In this document: in pieces, positions 27,878 to 35,787 of the stretch
Layout: each line of letters starts with the position of its first letter
Numbering within the stretch: position 1 is the first letter of the stretch
Source: a virus
Lineage: Duplodnaviria > Caudoviricetes
Strand: one strand, 5' to 3'
DNA length: 57,398 bases
IMG/VR virus record: IMGVR_UViG_3300029258_001547
Coordinates: 1-57,398 of that record
Position numbers and translations under genes: made by a program
The notes under the pieces: generated by a model
The model's input: only the letters and a program-made list of their open reading frames with translations
What the model was told of the DNA's origin: nothing
The model's database searches: none

Positions 27878-28900
27878 CTAGTCGATTGTCGCGGTCGCGG
27901 TCGTGTCGGCCGCGGTGACCCTGGCGGCGGCGCCGTCGGCGCTGTCCTGGGGGTCAATTACGGGCTCGATGAAGCTCATCTGACCCTCGGTCGCCTTTCC
28001 CTTCGCGGCGGCCTTGGCGGCGTCCACGTCGGCGATCTTGGCGGCAAGCCGCTTTTTTGTGGCGTTCAAGTGATCAAGCAAGCCCTGTTGCCGCTCACCG
28101 AGATACTCGCTATATGCGAGCGCCTTGTGCTGGATCGTCCGCCACTCGGCGACCGCCTTGTCCATCGTGCCGGCGCGGGTCTTAGCGTCCCAGTCGGCGA
28201 GCGTCATATCGAGATCATGCCGCATGGCCTCCAAGCCGGCCTCCACGCTCTCTTTTACTGAGCGGTTGCCCTCGGGCGTGCCCTTGGGTACGGGGAACCT
28301 CAGAAGCTGCCCGCCAACCGCCCTCAGAAACTGCTCGATCGCGGCGGTAAAGGCGCGGTGTTCGTCGGGGACGAAGTAGGCTACGCCCTTGGGCGATATC
28401 GGGAAAAGGTCGGCGTGATCCCTGAACAATCTTTGGATCGTCCGGGTAATGTCTGACGTGTTGCGGTGCGTCGTGGCGTGGGCGAACATGCGGCGGGCGT
28501 GGTCCTGGATATCCTCGTCGGGGCAAGTGATCTCCCCGTCGCTGGGGTCCAGTGTGCAGACCGTCTCGTAGCTGAAGTCGAGACGCAGACCGGAGGCTTC
28601 CAATTCCTTTCGCGTGAACTGGAATCTGATTAAGCCGTCGTCGGCGCGGGGCGCGCCGCCGTCTTGCGGCTTGATGCGGTCAATCGTCCGGTTGGCCTTC
28701 AGATCGGCGACAGCTCGAGAGAAAGCGGTCGTTGGGCGCAGATCAGATACAGCCGCAGTGGGAAGCCCTGCATCCCTCAAGGCGGTTTCCACGGCGTCAA
28801 GCGGTACCTCGACGGCGCGCAAGTCCCAGCAGACAACCTCGCCGAGTAGGGCGCTGGCGCCGGCGGTCGGCGGGGGTCCTGGGTGGTGGTAGGTGGTCAT
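27878..28900 (-). CDS. Hypothetical protein, probable partner of the AAA/VWA pair
   Basis: Long ORF with a conserved leader, co-operonic with AAA and VWA. Confidence 0.75.
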   Translation of the reverse strand: MTTYHHPGPPPTAGASALLGEVVCWDLRAVEVPLDAVETALRDAGLPTAAVSDLRPTTAFSRAVADLKANRTIDRIKPQDGGAPRADDGLIRFQFTRKELEASGLRLDFSYETVCTLDPSDGEITCPDEDIQDHARRMFAHATTHRNTSDITRTIQRLFRDHADLFPISPKGVAYFVPDEHRAFTAAIEQFLRAVGGQLLRFPVPKGTPEGNRSVKESVEAGLEAMRHDLDMTLADWDAKTRAGTMDKAVAEWRTIQHKALAYSEYLGERQQGLLDHLNATKKRLAAKIADVDAAKAAAKGKATEGQMSFIEPVIDPQDSADGAAARVTAADTTATATID

Positions 28901-28964
28901 TGGTCTTTGTCTCCTGTGTGTGGTGGTAGTGGGTGCGGTGTAGATATACTGCCTCGGTCGTGGT

Positions 28965-29393
28965 CTAGCACTCGGCGTCGATCGCTTGCGCGATCGACCG
29001 GAACCTCAAGGCGGCGCCCTCGGCCTCGGCGGCGGCCTGGGCGGCGTTGCGGTGGGCGGCGTGGTAGCGATCGGCGCGGTCGCTGGCACGGGCGGCGAGC
29101 GCCTGACAGAGCCGGCGGCCGCCGTCGTCGTCGGCTTCCAGGGCCAGCAGGCGGCGACGATGGGCCTCGGCGGCCTCGTCCTGGGCGGCGCTCCAAGCGT
29201 GCAAAGCGGCGTTGTGGGCGGCCTCTGCGGCCCGGGTGAAGGCGGCGGCGGCGTCGGCGAAGCTCTGGGCCCGGACGGCGCGGGTGGCCCGGGCGGCCGT
29301 CTCTGCGGCCTCCTCGGCGGCCTCCCAGTGGTCGGGGGCGCGGCCGTAGCCGGGCGCGGCGGCGTGCAGCCGGTCTCGTAGTGTGGTCTTCAT
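28965..29393 (-). CDS. Ala-rich helical hypothetical protein, first gene of the leftward operon
   Basis: AGGAG SD within the repeated leader. Confidence 0.7.
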   Translation of the reverse strand: MKTTLRDRLHAAAPGYGRAPDHWEAAEEAAETAARATRAVRAQSFADAAAAFTRAAEAAHNAALHAWSAAQDEAAEAHRRRLLALEADDDGGRRLCQALAARASDRADRYHAAHRNAAQAAAEAEGAALRFRSIAQAIDAEC

Positions 29394-29456
29394 CGTCTCA
29401 GTCTCCTGTGTGGTGGGTGCGTTGCCTGCCTGCCTGCCTAGGTAGGCTGTCAGGGC

Positions 29457-29485
29457 ATTGTCTCCGGCTGGCGGTGATCGGTCAA
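29457..29485 (-). promoter_or_regulatory. Leftward sigma70-type promoter
   Basis: TTGACC-17-GACAAT on the minus strand. Confidence 0.65.
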
Positions 29486-29890
29486 GCCCCTCATCGGTCG
29501 GATTGTTGCGCGATCGTCGGTCGGCGCAGGGCGGGCGAATCTTTAGCCAAAGGGGACACTTGGTTTTACTTGTTATGTGAATCGGCGTAAGGTGTTGTGG
29601 GCGCTGGGTTTAGGTGCTGAATCTGAGTCCTATTTCTGGTACGGTTGCGCAGGATAGCGTAGGGTGGGGATTGGAACTGGCTAAGATGGGGGGGTGTATG
29701 TATCTATATAGGGGCTCTTGGTTTGTGTGGTGTGCGGCGTGGGAAGGGCGGGCGGCGGCCCGGCCCTGCGCTCCTGGTTCGTGTACGCCCGCACTGCCCG
29801 GCGGCGCAGCCCCTCCACCCTCGCGTGGTGCGCCGTGTGGGTCGGTCGTGTCACCTGTACACCCTGGCCGTCGCGGCCGACGTCGGCCGG

Positions 29891-29926
29891 TGCGGCCGCT
29901 GCGGCCGCTGCGCCCGCTGCGCCCGC
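29891..29926. repeat. Four tandem 9-bp repeats TGCG(G/C)CCGC
   Basis: Read directly from the sequence. Confidence 0.85.
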
Positions 29927-30036
29927 TGTGCGCCGCACGGCGCGGCCGGCGGCCGGAATCCGACCCGCACCCCCCGGCCCCCCGACGCCCCAGGCCCCAT
30001 CGGTACCCCCCTCACCCCACGCACAATTTTTCACAA

Positions 30037-30075
30037 GGTAACAACTCTTGATTACCCAACGAGACTTGCTACAAT
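30037..30075 (+). promoter_or_regulatory. Rightward promoter overlapped by an operator-like palindrome
   Basis: TTGATT-16-TACAAT with extended -10 TG; GGTAACAACTCTTGATTACC overlaps the -35. Confidence 0.65.
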
Positions 30076-30114
30076 GCGGTTATCACTCACTTCCCACCCA
30101 CAAAGGAGAGGATC

Positions 30115-30951
30115 ATGCGTTGGTTTCCCGTGTTGCCGTGGCGTCGTCGCGTGTTGTCGCGGCTGGACAAGGTGGAGGCGTTGGCGAACACGACTCGCCG
30201 GAGGATGAATTTAGCGGTCGCCCGCGCGGACGAGCAGGCGGAGAAGCAGTTGGATCACGCTGCGACGATCCGCGCGATCGACGATCGGCTTGCGGCGACG
30301 GCTGGTTGTCAGACGGAGCACGCGCGGAGTTGCTTCGCTGCCCGGCAGCAAGCGGAGGAGCGATTTTCGCGCGTCGAGGAGCATCTCGGCTCAATCGAGG
30401 ATCGCGCTGAGACTGCGGATCGCAACTGCGCCGACGCCCTTACTTTCTGCGACGCCGCCCGTTCGCGGATCAAGGAGTTGGCTGGTCTGCTCCTGCTACT
30501 CCAGAAGGACCGGGACCAACTGGCCGTCGCGGCGGACTCGCTTCGCGTGTTGTTTGCGGCTCAGGCGAAGACGAACCGGGACGTGATGGAGGCGGCGGCG
30601 CAGTTGACGGAGCACGCTCTCTGCGTCAACAGGCTGGTGGAGACGGAGGAAAAGGAGGCCGCGTCGTCGCTCGTCGCCGCCCCTCTGCCCAACGCGGAGG
30701 CATTGAGGAGGAACGGGTCGATCCTTCCGGGCGAGGCGGAGCGTGCACGCCGCGCTGCTTCGCGGCTTGCCCGGGCGTGCGATCGGCTTTGCGACGACGG
30801 CGCCCCTACTCCTTGCGACCCTTCCCCCGCCGACGACGCCGCCGCTGACGACCCTCTTGTCCTGGCTGCAAGTCGCGCGTTGGCCGAGTTGCGGGAGTGG
30901 GTCGAGGCTGCGATGGAGGAGGAGGAGAAACGTGATGGCGATACGCGGTAG
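30115..30951 (+). CDS. Coiled-coil hypothetical protein
   Basis: AAGGAG SD, heptad-like helical sequence. Confidence 0.65.
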   Translation: MRWFPVLPWRRRVLSRLDKVEALANTTRRRMNLAVARADEQAEKQLDHAATIRAIDDRLAATAGCQTEHARSCFAARQQAEERFSRVEEHLGSIEDRAETADRNCADALTFCDAARSRIKELAGLLLLLQKDRDQLAVAADSLRVLFAAQAKTNRDVMEAAAQLTEHALCVNRLVETEEKEAASSLVAAPLPNAEALRRNGSILPGEAERARRAASRLARACDRLCDDGAPTPCDPSPADDAAADDPLVLAASRALAELREWVEAAMEEEEKRDGDTR

Positions 30952-31666
30952 CGGCCCGATCGAGCGACCGGAGGACCTGCCTCCGCCGGAGGACTCCCTG
31001 GAGGGCTCGTCTTCTCCCCCGGACGTACTCAGCGCGGAGGAGGTTCCGATCGCGGAGGACAAGCCGCCGGTTCCGACGGCGCCCCCGGAGGACGAGGGGC
31101 AGTTTGACGCGGGGGATCTGGACCCGTCGCAAGGGAAGTACACGCCTGAGACGTGGCCGGGCACGGTGAACAAGGAGGAGGTGCGCCGGGCGAGGTATCG
31201 TCCTCCGAAGCGATGGGAGGAGGAGTTGCCTCCGACGGCGCCGGGTGAGATTGAGGCGGAGTGGGTGCATAGTAATTTGTTCTACGCGGTGGAGACGACT
31301 TCGCGCGGGAATGTGCGGATCAACTATTTGCGCTGCACGTCGGACCCGCCGAGCCGTGGCGCGTTGGCGTTATTGGCGGTGGCGGCCCGCGACCCGAAGG
31401 AGTTCGAGGCGAAGATACGCCCGTCGATGCTGAAGAACGCGCAGGACGACGAGGGGGAGATTGAGAAGCGGGACCGGATGCAGCTTCGCGACATTGAGTT
31501 GATCGTGAGGCAGTTCAAGGACGCGGGGCGGATTAAGGAGCCGGAGCCGCTGCCCGAGTCGGAGCCCGTGTTGGTTTGTTGTCCGGTGTGCAACAACGAC
31601 ATGGAGATGTACCCGGACGGGTCGTCGGTGAATCCGAAGGACCGGCGGAGAAAGCGAGGCCGCTAG
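30935..31666 (+). CDS. Hypothetical protein, candidate terminase small subunit
   Basis: Strong SD. Last sizeable gene before the cassette array and TerL; function is positional only. Confidence 0.45.
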   Translation: MAIRGSGPIERPEDLPPPEDSLEGSSSPPDVLSAEEVPIAEDKPPVPTAPPEDEGQFDAGDLDPSQGKYTPETWPGTVNKEEVRRARYRPPKRWEEELPPTAPGEIEAEWVHSNLFYAVETTSRGNVRINYLRCTSDPPSRGALALLAVAARDPKEFEAKIRPSMLKNAQDDEGEIEKRDRMQLRDIELIVRQFKDAGRIKEPEPLPESEPVLVCCPVCNNDMEMYPDGSSVNPKDRRRKRGR

Positions 31667-31686
31667 AGCCGACGGGAGGAGAAAAC

Positions 31687-32319
31687 ATGCAAACAGTAAC
31701 GCTGACCGACGACGAGTGCAATGTGCTGCGCGCGATCCTATACGGCGCTGTCGGCGGGCCGGTCTCCGGCAGGCTGGGGGAGCCCCGCAGCGTCGCGAGC
31801 GCCATCGCCGAGAAGGTGCCGTGGCCCGATCCGGGCAAATACAAAGTTACAATCGAGACCGTCAGTCGGTTTGGCTCGCAAGCCGCTGTCATTCGCAGAA
31901 CGGCCGCCGAGGCGGCGGGAGGGAAGGAAGGAATGAGTGACCTAGTTGAACGGCTGCGTGACGAGTCATGGATGCTTCGTGGTCGCACGTTGCCAATGGC
32001 TGAACTAGAGGTGTGGCACAAGACGTGTTGCGAGGCCGCCGACGAGATCGAGCGGCTGACAAAGCGAGCAGACAGCGAAGTGCGCTACGCCGAAAGCCGC
32101 GCACGGCGAATAGTCCCCGACGCCCCGCAAGGCGAGTCGTTTGGTTTGATGATGGATCGCGTGGAAACCGAATTCGAGCGGCTGCAGGCCATCGCGAACG
32201 CCGCAAAGGCATACGTCGCAATCAAGACTCGCCACCCGCAAGTAGCAGGTGAAGCATACCGGGATCTGTGCGATGCAATCGAAGCCGCCGAGGCGGCAAC
32301 GAAAGGAGAAAAACCATGA
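31687..32319 (+). CDS. Cassette-array protein (in-frame fusion of two units, second start at 31933)
   Basis: GGAGG SD. Internal 14-mer plus purine-rich RBS plus in-frame ATG. EIERL coiled motifs. Confidence 0.7.
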   Translation: MQTVTLTDDECNVLRAILYGAVGGPVSGRLGEPRSVASAIAEKVPWPDPGKYKVTIETVSRFGSQAAVIRRTAAEAAGGKEGMSDLVERLRDESWMLRGRTLPMAELEVWHKTCCEAADEIERLTKRADSEVRYAESRARRIVPDAPQGESFGLMMDRVETEFERLQAIANAAKAYVAIKTRHPQVAGEAYRDLCDAIEAAEAATKGEKP

Positions 32320-32594
32320 GACGCCGCTCGTTCCTCGCCGCCTGCATCGCCACCGTCTTCGCGCCGCTGCTGAAGTTGACGAAGCCGGCGGAGCTTGGCG
32401 AAACGCTCGTCCTGACCGTTTACGGCGAGACCGAGATGGAGATGGAGTTCGAGATCGACGTGCCGAGGGGACACGGACACATTCACGGCATTGACTGGTG
32501 GCTGCACGAAGAAGACGCAGAGACCGGCAAGGTCCTGCGATCCGAAATGGCGATTCGCGATCTTGGCGTCTTCCCCATGCGGAGGGTAAAGTGA
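32316..32594 (+). CDS. Small protein with a twin-arginine-like N-terminus (MRRRSFLAA)
   Basis: AGGAG SD, ATGA overlap. Confidence 0.75.
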   Translation: MRRRSFLAACIATVFAPLLKLTKPAELGETLVLTVYGETEMEMEFEIDVPRGHGHIHGIDWWLHEEDAETGKVLRSEMAIRDLGVFPMRRVK

Positions 32595-32797
32595 AACGTC
32601 GTTCTTTCCTACTTGCCGCCTTGGGCACAATCTTCGCGCCCCAAGTGCCGAAACCGCCATGCGACTGCTGGAATGACATACCATCCCCGGGCAGTTTCAC
32701 CGTCACCGGCCTGAAAAAGCCAGTCACGTTCAGGGGCGTTGAGATTGTGTGGATTCCACCTCTACATAGCGACGATGGAAAGGACTCCAGTATATGA
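32591..32797 (+). CDS. Small protein with a twin-arginine-like N-terminus (MKRRSFLLAA)
   Basis: GGAGG SD, GTGA overlap. Confidence 0.7.
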   Translation: MKRRSFLLAALGTIFAPQVPKPPCDCWNDIPSPGSFTVTGLKKPVTFRGVEIVWIPPLHSDDGKDSSI

Positions 32798-32868
32798 CCC
32801 CTCCGCACCCCGCTCCTACCCGACTCGCCAACGCCGCCGAGGCGGCAACGAAGGGAGGTGATGTGTAA
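32794..32868 (+). CDS. 24-aa mini-ORF MTPPHPAPTRLANAAEAATKGGDV
   Basis: ATGA overlap upstream, TAATG overlap downstream, contains repeat copy 3 in frame. Confidence 0.5.
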   Translation: MTPPHPAPTRLANAAEAATKGGDV

Positions 32869-33083
32869 TGCAGTGCGGACTATGTGGTGGCTATCATCCA
32901 CCGAGCGAATCATGTGTCGGCTCTATGTAGCTGTGCCCCCAGCGGCGTGGACAGTGACACCCCCATCGTTGCAGACAGCGGGGATGGGGCCACGACTACC
33001 CGCTCAGATCGTGGCGAGCCGGTGCAATTCCGGCCTGGGGGCCTAATGATTTAGCCGCCGAGGCGGCGGGAGGTAAGCATGAG
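32868..33083 (+). pseudogene. Possibly decayed cassette (MQCGLCGGYH... followed by in-frame stops)
   Basis: The ATG with best SD spacing is in frame with repeat copy 4, but TAG and TGA intervene. An alternative 62-aa ORF exists at 32858-33046. Confidence 0.35.
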
Positions 33084-33468
33084 TGATTCGACCGTAAGCG
33101 AAAAAGGCGTGACAATTTACGAGCTCGTCGCGGTTAAACATAAGCGGCGAGAGAGATTTTACAGCGACGAAGAAATCCGGGAGTTGTTCGACGACGACCC
33201 CGGGAGCCTGGTCATTGGGTTGCTGGACCGATGCCAAGCGGCTGAAGCCGAGGTCGAGCGGCTGCGGGCCGGGCTGGCAAAGCACTACAACAACCTGCGA
33301 TGCCGTGCTGAGTGCGCTATCGGCGGTGTGGCAGCGGCGGAAGTGCCGACGTGGTGTGTTATCTGCGAAGGCCAGGGCGAGCGTGGAAAATCCGTGGACT
33401 CAGTTCAACACACGCCGGACTGCCCAGTTTCGTTGGCCGCCGAGGCGGCGGGAGATTCCAATGAATAA
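33079..33468 (+). CDS. Cassette protein with EVERL coil and CxxC...H...C Zn motif
   Basis: GGAGGT SD, ends with AAEAA. Confidence 0.75.
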   Translation: MSDSTVSEKGVTIYELVAVKHKRRERFYSDEEIRELFDDDPGSLVIGLLDRCQAAEAEVERLRAGLAKHYNNLRCRAECAIGGVAAAEVPTWCVICEGQGERGKSVDSVQHTPDCPVSLAAEAAGDSNE

Positions 33469-33853
33469 CGCAGCCCGTAACGCCCGCATCGCGCGGGAGT
33501 GGATGGGGTGGGAGCCTTACCACTTCGTCGGTGGACGCCTGGAAGGGTGGTACTGCTACGGCTGGCCGAATGGCGTGCGAGATATTCGCAACTGGGCGCC
33601 GACCACGAACCTCGCCCACGCGGCAGAGGCGAGGCTGCGAGCAGATTCGTGGACCTTGCGATTTGACGCGGATCATGCTGAGGTGACGTGCTTACTGTAC
33701 GTTGGCCCCATTTCGCCCAAGGCATTATCATCGGGCCGTGCTTACTTACATGAGACTCACGACCGCGCCCTCGCCGAGTGCGAGGCGACGTGCCGTGCCA
33801 TCGAGGCTGCATTGGACGCTAGAGCCGCCGAGGCGGCGAAGGAAACGGCGTGA
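33461..33853 (+). CDS. Phage ABA-sandwich-like small protein
   Basis: IAREWMGW...WAPTTNLAHA...ATCRA pattern. Family recalled, not searched. Confidence 0.55.
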   Translation: MNNAARNARIAREWMGWEPYHFVGGRLEGWYCYGWPNGVRDIRNWAPTTNLAHAAEARLRADSWTLRFDADHAEVTCLLYVGPISPKALSSGRAYLHETHDRALAECEATCRAIEAALDARAAEAAKETA

Positions 33854-35784
33854 GCGAAGCTCCTAGTCTGATCGACTGCGTGCCGAAAGACCCGGCGGAG
33901 AATCTTCTCTGGCGGCAGGAGTGGCGCACGGCCTGCCACAAGGACGCGACGTATCAGCACGCTTTCACGGACGCGGCGATGGAGGACGTGCTTTTCTGGT
34001 TCAACGGTTTCTGCTGGCTGTTCGAGCCTCGCGCGATGGTCAAGGAGATACCGTTCGTAACGTGGCCGCACCAGGACCCTTGCATCCTGACGATGGATCG
34101 GTCGATCGTGGAATCGGCGGAGCGGAGCGAGCCGATCGACGTGGTGGTGGACAAGTCGCGAGGGCAGGGCGCGACGTGGATGTACCTGATGGTGATTCAG
34201 CGCCGCTGGATACGCGACCCGTTGTTTTCGGCCGGGCTGGTGACTCGCAACGAGAAGCTGGTGGATTCCAGCCGCGACCCGGACACGCTGTTGTGGAAGT
34301 ACGTTTGGATGCTGGAGAAGCTGCCGCCTTGGATGCTCCCTGGCGGGTACGTTCGGAACCTCAACGACCACGCCGTCACCAACCCGGTGAACCATGCGAC
34401 GTGCATCGGGTATTCGGCGACGGGCGACGTGGCTCGCGGCGGTCGAAAGAGCGTTTTTGCGTTGGACGAGCTTGGGGCGTTGGACTGGATTCGGGCGGAG
34501 AACGACCGCTCGGCGATGGACTCGACGCACCACGTCACGAACTGCCGATTTCTGGTGAGCACTTACGGGGCGGATCGCGGTGCGTTCTACGAGGCGGCGA
34601 CGGAGGACAACGACGCGATCAAGGTGATCCTGGATTGGCACGACAATCCGATGCAGAACCGGCTCAGCTACAAGCTGGCGGAGGGCGGCAAGCCGGAGGC
34701 AATCAGGGGGGAGGAGCAGGACGAGGTAAATAAGTACATTAAGGCAAACCAGCAGCGACTAAGGAGGCTGGAGAAAAGGGGGCATACGATCGTCGGTAAG
34801 GTACGCTCGCCTTGGTACGACGTGGAGTGCGGCCGGCCTGGGGCGACGCCGAGGTCGGTAGCGAAGGAGTTGGACCGGAACCCGCGCGGCGCGGTCGGAA
34901 AGGTGTTCGACACGGAGGTTCTGGACCGGATGGAGGCCGAGTGCGTTAAGCCCCCTGTTTGGAGGGGAAAGGCGATCATCGACCCGGAGCGGTGCATTGT
35001 GACGGGGTTTGTTCGGCAGGAGGGCGGGCCGTTGAAGCTGTGGTTCAAGCCCGGCCTGGACAACATGGTCCCGATGGGTAGTTACTGCGTGGGGTGCGAC
35101 ATTTCGGCCGGCGGCACGGGGAGTTACAGCAGCAACTCGGTGGCTTGCGGGGTGGACGTAGCCACGGGGGAGCAGGTGTTCGAGTACACGATCAAGGGGC
35201 AGATGGCGACGAGGTTTGCTCGTACCTGTGTAGCGCTGTCCAGGTGGGCTCGGGGAGCTTTTCTTGGGTGGGAAGCAACCGGGCCTACCGGCAGCGCTTT
35301 TGAGCGGGAGGTGCTGGAGGAACTGGGGTACTGGAACGTCTACTACCGGACTGTCCTGAGCGTATCCTCGGCGAAGTACCAGAAGCGGCCCGGATGGTGG
35401 AACGGGAGCGACGACGACAAGGGGCTGCTTTTCGAGCGTCTTTGCATGGCGATGGCGGAGGATCGGCTGATCCCCCGGTCGGCCGATTTCATTCGGGAAT
35501 GCGGCGAGTACGAGTGGGACGAGAACAGCAAGATCATCCACGCCCCGACGAAAATTCATGCCACCTCTGCGGGGAAAGCGCACGGCGATCGCTGCATCGC
35601 CGGCGGAGTTGCCTGGTTATTGTGCAGTGAACGCCTAGAAAGTGGGCTTGACAGGCTCAATGAAACGTCTCAGAATCCCCCGTATGGGTGTTGGGCGTGG
35701 CGGGAGGCCCGCGACAACGCGGATCGTCGTAAGTGGACCGACGACGAGCCGCAGCCGACGCTCAGGGACATTCTGAGAAACTAG
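33850..35784 (+). CDS. terL: Terminase large subunit
   Basis: VDKSRGQGATW Walker A variant, ALDE Walker B, GCDIS and HGDRCIA RNase H-like nuclease motifs. Confidence 0.9.
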   Translation: MSEAPSLIDCVPKDPAENLLWRQEWRTACHKDATYQHAFTDAAMEDVLFWFNGFCWLFEPRAMVKEIPFVTWPHQDPCILTMDRSIVESAERSEPIDVVVDKSRGQGATWMYLMVIQRRWIRDPLFSAGLVTRNEKLVDSSRDPDTLLWKYVWMLEKLPPWMLPGGYVRNLNDHAVTNPVNHATCIGYSATGDVARGGRKSVFALDELGALDWIRAENDRSAMDSTHHVTNCRFLVSTYGADRGAFYEAATEDNDAIKVILDWHDNPMQNRLSYKLAEGGKPEAIRGEEQDEVNKYIKANQQRLRRLEKRGHTIVGKVRSPWYDVECGRPGATPRSVAKELDRNPRGAVGKVFDTEVLDRMEAECVKPPVWRGKAIIDPERCIVTGFVRQEGGPLKLWFKPGLDNMVPMGSYCVGCDISAGGTGSYSSNSVACGVDVATGEQVFEYTIKGQMATRFARTCVALSRWARGAFLGWEATGPTGSAFEREVLEELGYWNVYYRTVLSVSSAKYQKRPGWWNGSDDDKGLLFERLCMAMAEDRLIPRSADFIRECGEYEWDENSKIIHAPTKIHATSAGKAHGDRCIAGGVAWLLCSERLESGLDRLNETSQNPPYGCWAWREARDNADRRKWTDDEPQPTLRDILRN

Positions 35785-35787
35785 GCA

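Larger units (their letters stand above)
31903..33837 (+). repeat. Six exact copies of palindromic GCCGCCGAGGCGGC at gene junctions
   Basis: Copies start at 31903, 32284, 32833, 33054, 33436 and 33824. Confidence 0.95.

Noticed and set aside
29614-30208. ORFs in the divergent region
   Set aside because: Low-complexity Arg/Pro/Ala translations without an RBS that overlap promoter elements.
31903-33837. CRISPR array or classical integron
   Set aside because: The repeat is 14 bp with 200-550-bp coding spacers. No cas genes, no attC GTTRRRY ends and no tyrosine integrase were seen.
35648-35676. Internal promoter TTGACA-17-CAGAAT in the terL 3' end
   Set aside because: The -10 lacks the first T and it sits in coding sequence. 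Plausible, but not supportable from sequence alone.
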